Shown here: positions 47,324 to 62,137 of the stretch, piece after piece
Position numbering within the stretch: the first letter of the stretch is position 1
Layout of the letters: the number at the start of each line of letters is the position of its first letter
NCBI RefSeq assembly: GCF_037042905.1
Contig: NC_087251.1
Coordinates: 21,514,001 to 21,578,000, forward strand
Source: Lytechinus pictus
Taxonomy: Eukaryota
Direction of reading: 5' to 3'
DNA length: 64,000 nt
Notes under the pieces: model-generated
Told to the model about the DNA's origin: nothing
Seen by the model: the letters and a program-made list of their open reading frames with translations, nothing else
The model's database searches: none
Program-made: the position numbers and the translations under genes

Positions 47324-49991
47324 ATAAAAAGAATAGAACAAAGACTGATAAAAATTACTTGTCCTGAAAATGCAACCCCCCATTACCGCCACACAACACA
47401 TACAATGTATTAAATTTATGTAATTGATATTATTTATGTTATCGTTTAAAACTTAGAAAACATACAAAATAAATCAAAATATTCGAAATAAGAAAAATCC
47501 CCCCCCAAAAAAAAGAGAAATATATTAATAAGATAAAATGAATGAATAAATAAAATAAACAACTGAATACATGAACAAACAAACAAATAAATAAATAAGT
47601 AAAGGAGACATAAATAACTAAAAAAATATTTATTTTTATGAAGCAGAAATAAATCAATCAATAAATAAAAAAAATTATAAATATATGAAATAATTTCGAT
47701 TGAAGTCGATTAAAGTTTTTCTTTTACACTACGTTTGCATCTGACTTAGTGCAGAATACCAAGTCTACTGATCTACTTTCATAAGTAGAACACCGATTTG
47801 ACACTGGAAAAGCTGAACTTATAAATAATTGACACCAGCCCCCTCCCTATCGTGTCTATTATAATTTAAAAAAAGGGTGAATATATATGTCAGCTAAATT
47901 TGTGAGTTGATGAATGTTTTGTTTCTATCTGAATATTGGCATTCCATAGAACAAAGAGACGTTTCAAAGTGTCCCTGGGAGAGTCTGGTTGAAAACAGGG
48001 AGCTCCCAGGTACAGCTGTATGCAAATGAGCTCTCCCTTCCCAAACATTCGTTTGATTGCCCCCTCACTTTTATTTATGAATGAAAAACTTTTGGTGAAC
48101 GGACGGAGCGTTGGAGTGAGTGAAGTATTTTTTGAAGGTGAGTCGTGAATAGAAAGAGGCACACGCCCACTCCACAAACATTCACATGAAAACCTTGACG
48201 GGACAAAGATGAAATTTTTAACTATCTTCGAATTTTAAAGACAAATAAGGAAGAAGATCCCTCTTTTCCTTCGGGTCTGCATTGTCAATTGTCATTTTCT
48301 TTCCTTTAATTTCAACATGAATTCATTTTTTCATCAATGTTTGCAAAGATAACAATGTGTGGCGTTCCACTTCAAAAAGATGTGCTTCTCTGCTTTCGGT
48401 TGGATGAATTTGTTGGACTTTACTATAGCGTTTTACCTTATCCGCTTTAAACATGAGGTTTCGTTATATTAATTCCCAAAGATAATTTATGGCGAAGTTA
48501 ACAAAGGAAAATATGACAAATAATATATGTTGATTTACTAGACTAACACGCATTTTAAAGTGTTTAGAATTTAAGTTTTTTTTTCAATGTCCTTAGAATT
48601 GAATATTTAGATTTCTTTTTTTCTTTTCCATGTGTTTGGAATTTAGTTTTTATTTTTCCTACATTATAGTTCTGAGAAGTAGTTCTTGAAATGAAAATGT
48701 ACAGTTTCATTTAACTGAAAATTGAGTATCAAATTATTCATTGATGAAAACACTATCCTATTATATATTTTGTGACAGGGTAAAGTTGAATTAAGTTTAA
48801 ATTAAAACTTTTCTTTGCGATCATTATCTAGGAGACTATTTCCACATTTGTGTGATAGTTATGGAACCATACATAAACATTTAAAGAAATAACCAAGATG
48901 GGTATCCAACAACTTGAAGACTCTGAAACACGTCTAATTCGGGAATCAATTGTTGCCGATGGTGAGTGGTTTGTTCATCCAAAAGTACTTTCACATAGGA
49001 GAAGCGGCCGGTCGTTGTTGCTAACAAAGAATTTGTACAGCAACGCATCTCCGATGCTATTCTAGCAGTTGACTGATTACCACCATTAAGTTTTAAAGAA
49101 AAAATAATTTAGAATAGTCAATTTATCAATGGACCTTGACATCAACGCGACCAGTTGATTAAATACTATCGGAACCATCGAATGGGTATTATCAGCTTTT
49201 TGTTTGAAATATAAGATGGTATAGCTGAGCTAACATCAAACTTGCAGTTATCTTTTATGAATCGTATTAAAACAACATCATTCTGATACATCATGATTTA
49301 CATTCACCTTAATTTTATCCGAAAGCAAGAACTTTTTTTTAAATACAAAACAAAAAAAGTGGCATGCAATTGTTGATAAGCTTTATTTCTAGCTCATGCG
49401 TGATATGGATAGCAGCGTCATTGCAATACACACGCCATGAAATACTTTCACCCTTCACAAAGAAAATTATGAAGGGTTGCTAACAAAGAATGCGTATAGC
49501 AACGCATCGCAAACGCTTATGTTGGGTGTGCACGAATGTAATATCTAAAGTCTACATTTATTATGAAGTAAAGTAAAGGAGAGCGTTTAGCTTCTTATTT
49601 TAAGGGAGTATTTCGTGCTTATTTGATATAAGTTGAAAAGTCAACCAATTGGTGAAAGAAAGAGGGGAGGGGGCAGATGACATGTAAGTGGGTCGTTGTT
49701 TTTTTTTGTAGTTGAAAAACATTGGTGATAATAAAGTTTTACGACTCAGACACCTCTTTTCTTCCTATTTTTTGGATTCTTATTTTCTCCTTACTTTTTT
49801 TCAATAGTAAAAATAATTGGGGCTGTCGCCATTGGACTTTGTCATGCTATGGGCCTTAATTCATTTTCAGATTATTAAAACATTAACTGATCGTATACAG
49901 TCAAATATCTTTCGGAAAAAAAAGTTTCAATATTTTAACACAATTTTAGCAGGTCGCGATGAGGAATAATTTATGATGTTTCCATCAGTGT

Positions 49992-50087
49992 ATGATGATG
50001 ATGGTGAAGATGATGATGATCATGATGATGATCATCATCATCATCATCCTCATCATGGTGATCATGATGATGATGTTGATGATGATC
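49992..50087. repeat. (GAT)n/(CAT)n compound microsatellite
   Basis: Alternating-orientation ATG and CAT runs. Confidence 0.85.
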
Positions 50088-53000
50088 CACAACACTTATA
50101 TTGTGTCATATTAAATATTAAACATCTGCTTCCTATTATGTGAGTTTTGAGGCATGGAGTAAAAAGGGGCTTATCATTATGAGTATTCAACATTTTTGAA
50201 TACTCATAATGGTAAGCCCATTTTAAAGGCCCCATGATGTGGAGATGAGCTAAGGCGAGCTAACCACAAATAGCTTGACAAAAGAATAAAAGAGGTTGCT
50301 CTCATAAAGAATAGCATCGCATCATTGACACTTTCGATTTGGCATAAAAACCATTTTTACATGACTAACAAAGAATAGCAACACATAACAAAGTATATTA
50401 TTTATAATTATATTTTGTGTATATATATTTATTTCATTTTCGCTGCTTATTTTTCTTTTTTCATCTTGATTCGATAACTGTAAACCTTTGAAAACGAATA
50501 AAATAAACAAACAAAAAGAATATCATTGCATCACCCACACATTTATTTTCATTTCTTTGGACAAAATAAGTATTTTTATTGCCGGGCAATGTTTGCGATC
50601 ATGAAATTAGATTTCAATCAATATTTAAATTGCAGAATTTTAATTTGATTAATGACGAAGGGTGAAAATGAATGGAACAAAATTAGTGTTTTCATTTATC
50701 TAAGGGCCTTTTCACTCGTGAATCTTGAATCATCATTGTAATGATGATTGCTATTGTAATCGTGACTGTGATTAGCGTTCGTGATTCTAATCATGTTCTA
50801 GTTTGGTTTCACACGTGCTAGATATTCGTCATTAGTCTTATTTTTCACTGGAATCAACATTCAAATTACGAATTTTTTTTTACCATGTGAAAGGGTGGTA
50901 AAAGCAAATAACGGCATGAACCTGCTGGATTCTCGAATATTACAATCCTCTCTCTCAACTTCTGAATTACGTATCTAATATATAGTTATGCAGTTATTTC
51001 GCATTATCCTCTTTTGGTCGATTTTGTTTAGAAGTTGACTTTGAAAAACAGTACATCTGAACATCATTTAATAAATTAATAATAATAATGACAATAATAA
51101 AATGATATTACTAATGACATTGTTGAAAGAGTATGCTGTTAACCAACCGCGATCCCCGAATCCAACAAGAACAATTCATGTCACCAGTTGTGCGTAGGTA
51201 ACAAATATTTCTTTTTCTTTTTTTAAGTCACAAGTGGGTTGATTTTCCTTGTCCGGAAAGAGATCAAGAGGTAATAAGTAAGCTCTATTTTCATTACGCA
51301 ACAATATAGTTTTTGTTAGTAAATCGAAAGGGACACGCCCGTTATTAGCGCCTACACATTGACCCTTATCATGCTATTAATTTATTGTAATATGCCTATT
51401 AGACTTGACAGAGTATTATATTGATGATTAGATTTATTCTTCAAGTTTGATCAAAATTTCCTTGTTTCTTAGATTTCAATAATTATGTTGGGTAAAAAAC
51501 ACGGTACTTAAGTTTATTCGAAATTCATTTCAAAATATTTTGACATTGAATATTTTCATTTTATTTCCGATGTTCAATTTCCTCCCCCCCCCCCCACAAC
51601 ATCCACACCCTCACACATCCCCATTTTATCTAGATGTGGTTTTTTTTTTCATTTCCAACAACGGATAAGGTAATTGATTTTATTTCAATTTATTCATTTA
51701 TTTATTTATTTTTGCTGTTCAAAGTGACAGTGAGGGTGACTGAGCGAGAGAGATAGAAAGAGAGAGAAAAAAAAACAGTGAGACTGTACGGAAGGGGCAC
51801 CGACGCGACCCGATAATTATCGTAAAATTCCGAAAAAGCCTCTATATTTATTTTTTTCGATAGAATTAGGGAGTGAAACATTCCCCCTTTCACCCTCTCC
51901 TCGACAGCTGAGCGTCGAAGTGAGCAATATAGAGCTCATACCATCGACGTGAAAGAAAAATCCAGGCGTACTCGCTCGCTTTCGCTTGGAGGCCCTGAGG
52001 CGGGTCGATCGGGCTTGCTCCGCTGATACCTAAGCCCCTCCATCTCGTCCTTACCTATATGTCAAACAGCTTATTCATCTTGGCGCATTCACATACAACC
52101 AGAACAATAACGACTGGCTTCATTAATCAGCCAAGCGATTTTCATTACTTTTTCATCATTCAATTCATTTTCGCATCTGTAATGACAATGAAAAGAACCC
52201 CAAACGACCATAGTTAGCATGGTAAGAAGAGTTGTTGATATAATAAATCACGATTGTTACACTATGTATCTTTCCCATCCGTCTGTGACAAAGGAATCGT
52301 GTTTGTTATGTAGAATTTGCTCTCCAGGAAATTTCAGTTGATAAATTTCACAAATAGTGTTTAGTGACGCCTTTTAGAAATATTTGCTCAATGACTCGAT
52401 GGGATGTATCCGGTAACCTTATTGCAAATCACCCCCTCTCTCTCTCTAACTAATGATAAAACTTATTCTGTTTCCCAGATTATATATAACTTCATTCGGT
52501 GCATACCAATTCAGTCAATAATATATGGACTTAAAGTTTTACATATTTTTCGTCGTTTTCCTCAATGAGCAGATGATTAACTGTCACTTATATGTTTTCC
52601 ACATCTGTATATGATGGTCTTAATGAAATGGTTTTTATACCAAATGGGCCAAAACTGAATAAAATCAGCAAAAATGATTAAATTGGGCTATCAATCGGAC
52701 CATGAATTTTGGATTAGAACAATGATACATGTTCCACAAAATTCATTTAGACTAGGACGCAGATTCCCTCTTTCCTCTTATTATTACATGTCAGTTTATG
52801 AATCCCTGACAGCGTCATGAAAGTGAAAAGAATATAATAATTGACATATATATTGAAAAAGAAATCGTAAGATAAAAATTGGGAATTACCTCAATTTTCT
52901 CATTGATTTATTAGTAGTTTTTTTAGCGATCTAGGCCTAACTTAAAACAATAGACTGATATTTGTTTATTATTTCCTTACTCTCATCAAATTTTATAATA

Positions 53001-56000
53001 ACATATTCAGACAAAATATGTTTTTCTATGATGATATGATTTTCTAGTGAAGAGTTTTGAAGTAAGGTCCCAAAATTCATCTTGTCTTGACCCTACAACA
53101 CAGAGAATACATCAATGACCAAATTTCAAAATTCGAAAGATACATTAACATCGATAGTCTTCGATTCGGAAGATAAATATTCCTATAAGTCACTACCACT
53201 CAACCCCCCCCCCCTCACCCTCCCCCTCAGAAAACAATAAGTCACAGAGAATACCAATACACTTCAGCAGGCAAGAATTGATAGTTTTCAAGGCCTCTAT
53301 CATACCACTGTCATGGAAACCGCATTTTAACCAACACAAAGGACTTGTATCTGTCATGTCTGACTAAAACGTCAAATTATTCTTTACTATTTCAGTTTGG
53401 GTCAACAACGGTTGAAGTCGGAATGGGTGGAGCCGTGGGGAGTGGATGCTTCGTTTGTCTGCGATTGGTTTGTTAAATTAGTGTTTTCACTCGTGTAGGG
53501 CAGGTGGTTAAAATGCAAGAGTAATAACTTGAGGAAAGTGGTACTAGTAAACATAAGTGACAAGGCAGTATAGGAAACAAGTAATTCTTCCATTGTAATT
53601 AAAATTTGACTTCGCATCTTTCACAAAAGTCTTCTATTACAAAAATTTTGTATGAAGATTTTAATTTTTAAACAAGTTTAACGAATAAAATCACAGAGTG
53701 GTGTACTTGTTAATTTTTGTTTTAAATTCCAAACTGCCGATGTCCGATTTACCATGTTTACAGATTATTTTTTTCAGATTCTCAATGGATATTATAGGTT
53801 AAAATATTTCCAATACAAAGTTTTCAATAGAATAGTGTTTTTAAATGATATTATGTTTACCCCTGAAGATCACCAATACGGAGTGTTGTACATTTTGTAA
53901 TACTGAAAAGGAAACAATTGAACACTTTACTGTATTTTCAGTATAAATATTTGGAGTAAAGTAGAAACGTGGATATCATCTCCTATGTTTACTATTAAGT
54001 TTACTCCACAGAATATATTGTTTGGATACAAAGAAAAGCGAAGTGATGCTTTGATTGTATTATTATTTTAGTAAAACAACAATTTTTTTTCGAGGCTGAA
54101 CAAGACTATGACCGATTTTAAAAAGATACAAATTAAAGTCAATTAAAACACATTATTTAGATGAATCAAATCAAATCAAATATTACATCTATGATTTCAG
54201 TGGGATTTAGAAAAAACATTTTAATGTGAAATGGAGTATTATTGAAGCATTTTTTTGTATAATTTATATTATTTTACTTCTGTGAACGTGCAAGTTTTCT
54301 TTTATTGTAAAAAAAATTCCCATTGGGGAAAAAATATTGGAGGAATGTTTACAGACTACTGCAGTGTATCACACAGCAAAATTTCTATTAATAAAACATA
54401 AAACACCCGATATAGAATGTTTTAATGACTTCATGTCATGAACTACTTTGTTTCATTGATATATATATATATATAAAACCAATATCTCGACCGATTGACC
54501 ATCAGACCTATAATTATATGCGTATAACTTATATACGTATACTCTCCAACCCTATTATACTCAAGCACCTACACTCATAAATATGGTTTCGACAGCGATG
54601 GGAATTCTTTGTTTGGTCCAGAGCAGAGAAAAGGAAAGTATTTTCCTTTGGAAGATTTGTAGACGTTGGATTAGTGAAGATGAAGGCAGCTGCATGATTC
54701 TTTATGTAGGATCTTGCGAACTTCTATTTTGAAGATAATGGTTTCCATAATAACTTCGATAATCTTTACAATTTTAGTCTTTAGACATCTTAACTCATCC
54801 CTCTGTATCGCTCTGTCTCCTATCAAGTGATACATACATGCCTTCATATCTTCCAGTTGTAAAGCTTTTTATTTCCCTCATTTTTAATGGTAATAACCGA
54901 GAAATGAATTAATTCAGAGGGAGAGGGAGGAGCAAAACAGCCCCCCCCCCCCAGACAGAAATTTGATAACCTTTTCATTTTTAGTTTAAAGTGAAAAATC
55001 TGACGAGAAAGAGTTATCAAAAGGGTTTTTAAAGGCTGGTCACAATATTTGTGCCCCCCCCCCCCCCGACGAGGTTTCATAGGTAAGCCACTGGTACCAC
55101 CTTCGAAGCAAAAGATAATTCAACTCAAGGAAAATTATTAAGTTTTCGTTGATTAGCCTCATTGATTAATGTAAAGATCAAGTGTTCAACGTCAGAAGAG
55201 TATGATACTTCAGCTCACAAAAATCTAACTTTTGAAGAACATTGACGTCAACAAGGTCCATAATGACTCAAAGTATTACGTAATTTCTTCCTTTTACGGC
55301 AACTAACTGATGGATGAATTATGAAGAGATCATTATAACTGATTACTATGAGATCGTTTAATTTGATTGCCTTTAACAATTGCAAGATGTGCTTGTATGT
55401 ACTTCTCAATTATTAGCATTTTGGATGTTCTTGTAAAAGTGCGTTCATAATTATCACATTAATTAATTCTTAAAAAAAAAAACAAGTTGAGGTAAGTGTT
55501 CATTTCATATGACGTCACTGATGACATAAACCGTTACCTGGCAGCAATATAACATCTATTATACCCGTGGGATTCCGAGTGATGAGAACATAAAACTGCA
55601 TTGACTTGATTTCTTTTTGAAAATAAGGAGTTTTCGCTCCACGATGTAAGATGAATTCAGAAATAAAAGAAACATCTTGTCAAATGACCTTCGGGACAAT
55701 GAACATCCGAGAGGTCTTTGTCGCAAATTAGTGGATCAATAGAGCAGTAAGGGTAGTATAAATCAACCTAAATCCTTGCTTAATCAGAGTTATTCCATGC
55801 TGTGTTGGAGTCGCAAATATAATGGTTATTTTCATTAATGTAAGCAATATTTTTAAACATTTATTGCTGTTGCAAATACCCCGGCCGTTTCTTTAGAGGT
55901 TGTAATTAATTTAATTCTACTTCAAATAGTTTAATGCTTAAAAATTCACTTTTGCATAGATGTGGAATATATTCACACCATTCATGTCACGAGCAGAAGG

Positions 56001-56455
56001 AAAAAAATGAAAAAATAACTAAATAATAACAATAGTAATAATAATTTTAAAAAGATATAACAATACAGTTCTTATCTAGCGCATAGTACAATATCGTTTC
56101 TATGCTCTTACAAATGGCTTGATGATACAAGGATGTTTCTTTTCTCATATGATATTTTTGCGTTTTGTTCAAGATTGATTTTTGTTTAGCATGATCTAGC
56201 TAAAAAAAATATCCGTTTGCAATATTGATGTTGGATATCTTAAGTCACTTTCGATCAATACGGCTAATTCCAGGTCGGCATCCCTGTCTTAATTGGTCAT
56301 TTGAGAATTAAACACCTTACAACTGACAAATTATCTCTTTTCTTATACTTTGTCTTGCAGCAATTGTAGTGTTGAGGGGAGTCTTAGTTTGTCCAGGGGG
56401 CAGCTGTACCGATTGTCCGGAGTAGATCCCCATTGAATAGCCAGATAATACGCCT

Positions 56456-56465
56456 GGCGCGTGCC
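56456..56465 (-). promoter_or_regulatory. Hairy/HES class C site GGCACGCGCC
   Basis: Exact 10-mer, recurring at 60595 and 61678. Confidence 0.6.
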
Positions 56466-59400
56466 GTCCACTTAAGTGTCCAGTCTTTGTTCATCCTCTT
56501 ATAAAAAGTGGGCGTGGGGGTTATACTCTAATATTTCTTAGCACTAATTATACATTTTTTTTTTAGTGAGTGTGTAGTCCAACACTAAGCATTATTGATG
56601 CTGTTATACAGACCTTAAAGCTGATCACACGGAAAACATCAGCCAGTACATTGTCCAATTTGTGAATTTCTCAACATGCTCAAGGGGGACTTTGGTTTAT
56701 ATGCCTGTATGTGACGTAATCCAGAGAGCTGAGGAGAGATAGGGAGATTATGGATCAAATTAAACTCAATATCTGCCTGTTTAAAGACATTTGATCGGTA
56801 TTCAGCGTTCAAGTGTATAAAGAAAGGGGTTGTTTTAAGATTGGAAACTGGTTGGTAAAAATGCCATGCCATCAGCGCTCCATGCTTACAACGCCTTGTT
56901 TAAGCTAGATGTTCTATTGTGACGTCATTTGACACTTATAATAATCTACCGTAGATGAGAACATAGAATTGATTAAGATATGATTGTGATAATCACAAGA
57001 AGAAACGAGGTGGGGATTTACCAAATTAAAGCGACATTGGTATTTTGAATATCAACACTTCTCATTGACTACTTTCTATTGTACTTTGGTTCTTATTATT
57101 ATTTTGTTTTTACTGATGCCTGAAGTATAAAAAAATTATATATATGTTTTAATCATTAAAGTATTTCCCACATATCAACTGAAAGCCATATTGTTTTATT
57201 CAATTACAGTTTGGTCAATGAAATCCGTTTGGGTAAACCTTTTGAAATAAAAATCACTATCAAATCATGGATGTATATGAGTATGCATTAATACAGTGCA
57301 AATGGTTTGAAGGAAATGAACACTGAATAAATAAAAATGCATACAGTAAAAATGACAAATTTATTTATTGAAGAAATCATATGACATCCTGAATTAGAAT
57401 TAAAATAATGTTTAAGACCAATGTATTCATTCGGGAATCGAACTTCAATGTTTACCATCTGATTAGAATGACATTCGTGCATATTTAAGTTAGAATTTGA
57501 GGAGTGAGGAGTTTTTTCACACTTTGGAGGATTTGTCAAAATTTGCAATAAAAAATGTTTGACAAATTCTGAGTTGAAATTTTTACCCCCCCCCCCTCCG
57601 ATAGGCACAAATATGTTAGGCTTATAATATATAGCCAAATATATGCTCATATACGTTTTGCGTTCTTGAAGGTATTTCTTCTACACGTCCTTTCGCGGTG
57701 AGCTAATGTAAATGATAAGTCAATTAAAGATTTGTTTTTTCTTTAAACTTTCTTATTTGAAGAGAAATGGGACGATTTCGTTTCACTGTGCTAAAACACA
57801 CCATGCGTTTCTCCGCGAAACATATCGTTAACCAGTCGAGAAAATAATTAACTGATTAAATCTCGTTACCTTATTTATTGCCGACGCCCCTTCCTTAGCA
57901 TCTGCCGCAATGTCTGCTCAAAATACCTACAGAATGCATCGCCAGCTCGAACGGATTGTCAAGTTATTTGCTTTGAGCTTCTTGAGCTCTCACCCATCTC
58001 TAAGCATCGAACTTGGAACGACCCCGATCAAACTTCTTCATAATTAAAGTCATAAATTAACCGACACTTGACTGCTGCTGTTACTTCTTATTTATGGTGG
58101 TGCCAATATTACATTTCGCTTTCATGAGCGGGGATATGTTTCTCTGTTGATTCCAGATGACTGACGGGGGAAGGGGGTCTAGGGGTAGGGTGTTATTCTA
58201 GGGGTATATCGTAAATTCGAAGAAACGGGAAAAAGACAATCCGAAAAAGGGTAGCCTATGAATTTGAATAAAAAGAATGTCATGATTTTTGTACATGTAT
58301 ACTGCCTAAAGAACGACGACGATGGTGATGATAAATGATAAAAATCACTGGTACTTTTATCAATAAAAAAGGTGTTCTTGCTGAATTGTATTTGAGCCCA
58401 TTTGTTATCAATTACTGGCAAGAAGATTATTCTAAATAGTGATACCTACCACTGAAGGATTCTGAAAACATGATATTGTTAGATATTAAGTTATGTCATT
58501 GATTAATAGATATCAATGAAGGTATTTTGACCAATATATTCAATGTATGAAAAATAATGTTTACAATAACCCGAGTGTAATTCCTGCATACCTCCATCTT
58601 AATAATTATAGCTGCATCGTGGTGTTTGAAAGTTTGCATTGTGACGAAACGAGATATCATCTGATTATCACCGCTTGGTGAGTCGGGTTGCTTTCATGGG
58701 AATTCACATTATTAAAAGAAAGCGGCGCCTCAAAGATTTATTGCAAAGAAATTACCAATTTGCGTTGTCTGTTACCTTCATATTAATGCCATTAATTTCA
58801 TCAATATCATGTAATTGTATGGTCGTTGAAACTGAGGAAAATAAATAAGGACCATTGGATATTCGCCATAATACCTCCTGTTCATTGTTGGAATATTGTC
58901 TCTTAAGAATGATAAAATAAACTATTTGCCCTTTGTACAAAGAGATGCGAGGAAGAACATAAGAAGAAAGAGATAGATAGAGGATAGAGATAGACAGACA
59001 AAAACAACAACAACTGAAAACACATCTTAGGACAAACCACATTTTTTAAATGAAATACTTTGTATTTTCCTTTTTTATCATGCAATTATTTCCTTCACAA
59101 AAGTGACAAAAGAACCCACCAAAACCATCGGCTTGAATATAGGATTAAACACGTGTCTACATGCAGGTCAAATTTATTTCCAATTCCATAATAACAAAGA
59201 AAACTTCAGTAATTCGATCAAAAAGTCATTTTAATGTATGAAAAGGGGTGAGAGGGATTTAAAGATCAAATCATAATTCATTTCATATCGAGGAATATTA
59301 TGAGCAATTTGTGAGTATAAACCCCTTTTGTTATAGGCTTTTTATATGAATTAATATCAACAGTGCTCCTAGCCTTTGACTGCCACAACACTGATAACAT

Positions 59401-60594
59401 CTGGGTGTCTGCAAATTGCCCTCAAAAACATTAAAAAATATGTTTTCCGTACCAAGACTGGTATGTTATATCCATCATTATCTCTGTGGCTAACTCATAT
59501 AAAAATATTAGATTTGCTCTATAATTAACGAACACATGTTTGTTTGCTTGTTTGTTTTCTAACGTTCAGGCGGAGCATTCATTTTCAATAAAATATCCAA
59601 ATAACTGTGGACTATTTGGTTCACTGCATTTAATTACCCAATTAAAAATCATATTTCATCGAAACAATTTAATAATAGGCATAATTTTCTACCTCAGCTA
59701 CGTTTAATGCCTCTTGCGGAAACCATTTGTTATTATTATCACTTTTATCGTCTGGGGGGAGTCATCTCTTGTTTGCTACAAGAAAGGATGGGACGAAAGA
59801 TGACTCTAAAATGCAGATAATTAATCAAAGAAATTATGAAATATATAAAAGGGGTGATGAAAGGTCGTGTAAAAGCTTGACAGATATTCACAAAGAGCTT
59901 TGTCCGGTGCAGCTGCTTCGGCCTAAAGGGATGTAAGTCGGCCAATCCAACCCCTTATTATACCATCCTGGGAGTGAGATGGTGAGTAGGGGGTTTGTGG
60001 TATAGTGATGGTATAAGGGGTGTAAGAAGCATTTGGAATGCCGGTGCAGTTGGGGCGTGTATTCATCAGATTGTCAGACTTAGTGGTTATTGTACAATGA
60101 AATAGTGTTCAAACGGTTGAAATACTGTCTGCTTTTTACTGGCAATATCATTATTAATGCTCTTTGGAAACCGTCCTCATTGTCAATGATAGTAACTCAA
60201 ATTTTATATTAAGATTGTGTTTCTGAGTGTCCTATTGCAACTATGCTAATGTCATGTTGTATTCTCAGTAGTGTTTACTGTCTAGGATAAAATGAAAATA
60301 AGTTAAACTTGAAAAAGTTCTTTAGCAGATAAGAGACCTCTTAATCAATTATTATACCAGGCTGTAGACCTACCATTGAAAATTCTAGGTATTCGAATTA
60401 CATGCCACAAATGACTCGTCGATATAGCTCAATTTGAATTTAAGATTTATTTTATTTCGTTGGTTATTTTTATCGTCATTCGATACTTAAAACTATTCGG
60501 ACATATTCTCCGAGATGGAGTCAGAATTTTTGGAATCAACAAGATAGCGACAGTCTAAGAGGGATCAGAGACCACTACCAGTCAGATAGAGAGG

Positions 60595-60615
60595 GGCGCG
60601 TGCCGATCGCGTGCC
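60595..60615 (-). promoter_or_regulatory. Tandem Hairy/HES class C sites (GGCACGCGCC and GGCACGCGAT)
   Basis: GGCGCGTGCC-G-ATCGCGTGCC on +. Confidence 0.65.
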
Positions 60616-61677
60616 GTCATCCCAAACCGTGTTTACAGCTCGGTCAGTGGTTTCTATTTCTCTCCCCCATCTCTCCCACCCCCTCCCCCTCTCCCCCCCC
60701 CCCCTCTCTCTCTCTCTACCTCCCCTGTCTCTCCATCTATTTATCATTATTTTAGCCCCTTCCCCTCTGTACATTCCTACAGCAGGGCTTACCCCATTCG
60801 GATAGGGAGGGGGTATAGGGGGAACAAACAAAGAACCAATCACGACCAGGGTCTCGCTCCATCTCTATACAACCTGCACGCGACCAGATAATTTTACACA
60901 GGAGAAGCTAAGAATGGGGAACAAGAGAAGGGGCATGAAAACAAAGCCAGTGGAATGAGATAAACGTTATATGGACCTGGAAGGGGTAAAGGATGGAAAA
61001 GAGAAAGGAGAAAAGGTAAAGAGTGAGAGTGAGGATCGGGGTGGGGAGGGTGAAATGGAGAGACAGAGAGAGGTAGAGAGGGAAAAGGAGAGCCAGGTAA
61101 TAGATTGTCAATAAAGATATTGCAACAACCAATGGTATGTGAACAGTAATTTCTTTCTTTTTTTTCATCTTACCGACTGAAATCCTGATTGCCGAACAAC
61201 TACCTGATTCATACCGAGAAAGTCATCACAAAATCTAAAGAAAAGTGACTTTATGTTGCAGGTGGGAATAATCATTTGTCCTATTAATACTGGCAAAGTG
61301 GAAAATACAAATGACGAAACTCCAAGTTTGATTTTCAATTACGATTTCAGGCTCGTCTAAAGGAGATGATCAATCTGGTGAAGGGATGGGTGAATACATT
61401 ACTTATCGAAGGGTTGAGAAAGGGAATCTACCCTTAAAAACAAAGGTTAGAAGTATAAAAGACAAAAAGCTGCATCCCGAAACAACAAAGCCACTTCATC
61501 ATCACTGGTTAGAGGAAGATAGATGGAAAGAGATGGAGGGGGATTTGAGCTACAAGAATGCCATTACAACCACTGCAACGATGTAATTAGTTTCGCCGCT
61601 CTCCTCCGCGCCCGTAGCCGAGAGCCCTAGCAGCTGATGACGAAACAATCCGAGCCTGAGATATGAAAACAATGGTA

Positions 61678-61687
61678 GGCGCGTGCC
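61678..61687 (-). promoter_or_regulatory. Hairy/HES class C site GGCACGCGCC
   Basis: Exact 10-mer between Sox-type AACAATG and CATTGTT motifs, near E-box CAGCTG. Confidence 0.65.
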
Positions 61688-62137
61688 GACTGGGCTATAA
61701 AGTCGCATTGTTCCAGAAGGTGGCCTATAACGCTATTTGAGTACCACACAATGGGACAGTCATGCATAATACAGAAACTTTCACTAACCCATGTGAACAA
61801 CAAAGCTAGCTCGTACCCGCTTTTTGTTTCCCTAAGAAGAAAACAAATTTAGTTTGAACGAATCCAATGCTTTAACATCAACTATTTTATGTTAAATTTG
61901 AAGGAAATGTTGTCTCATCAGCTGGACATACAAAGTACATTTACTTAAGTGGTCAGAAGGGGTGGTGGTGTGAGATCTCTGTTGTTTCAACGATTTACAG
62001 CCTGTTGACTTCCCAAATCACCTTCGTGAATACACACACACAGCGAGCTCTCACACACACTTTCCCATCGCACTCATGAAGCGTAGCGTTAACGAACTGG
62101 CACACCACTGACTCGCGACCAGGCGAACAGCGAACTT

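Noticed and set aside
61635-61650. CTGATGA-C-GAAAC as a hammerhead core
   Set aside because: No stem II between the boxes and no convincing stems I or III
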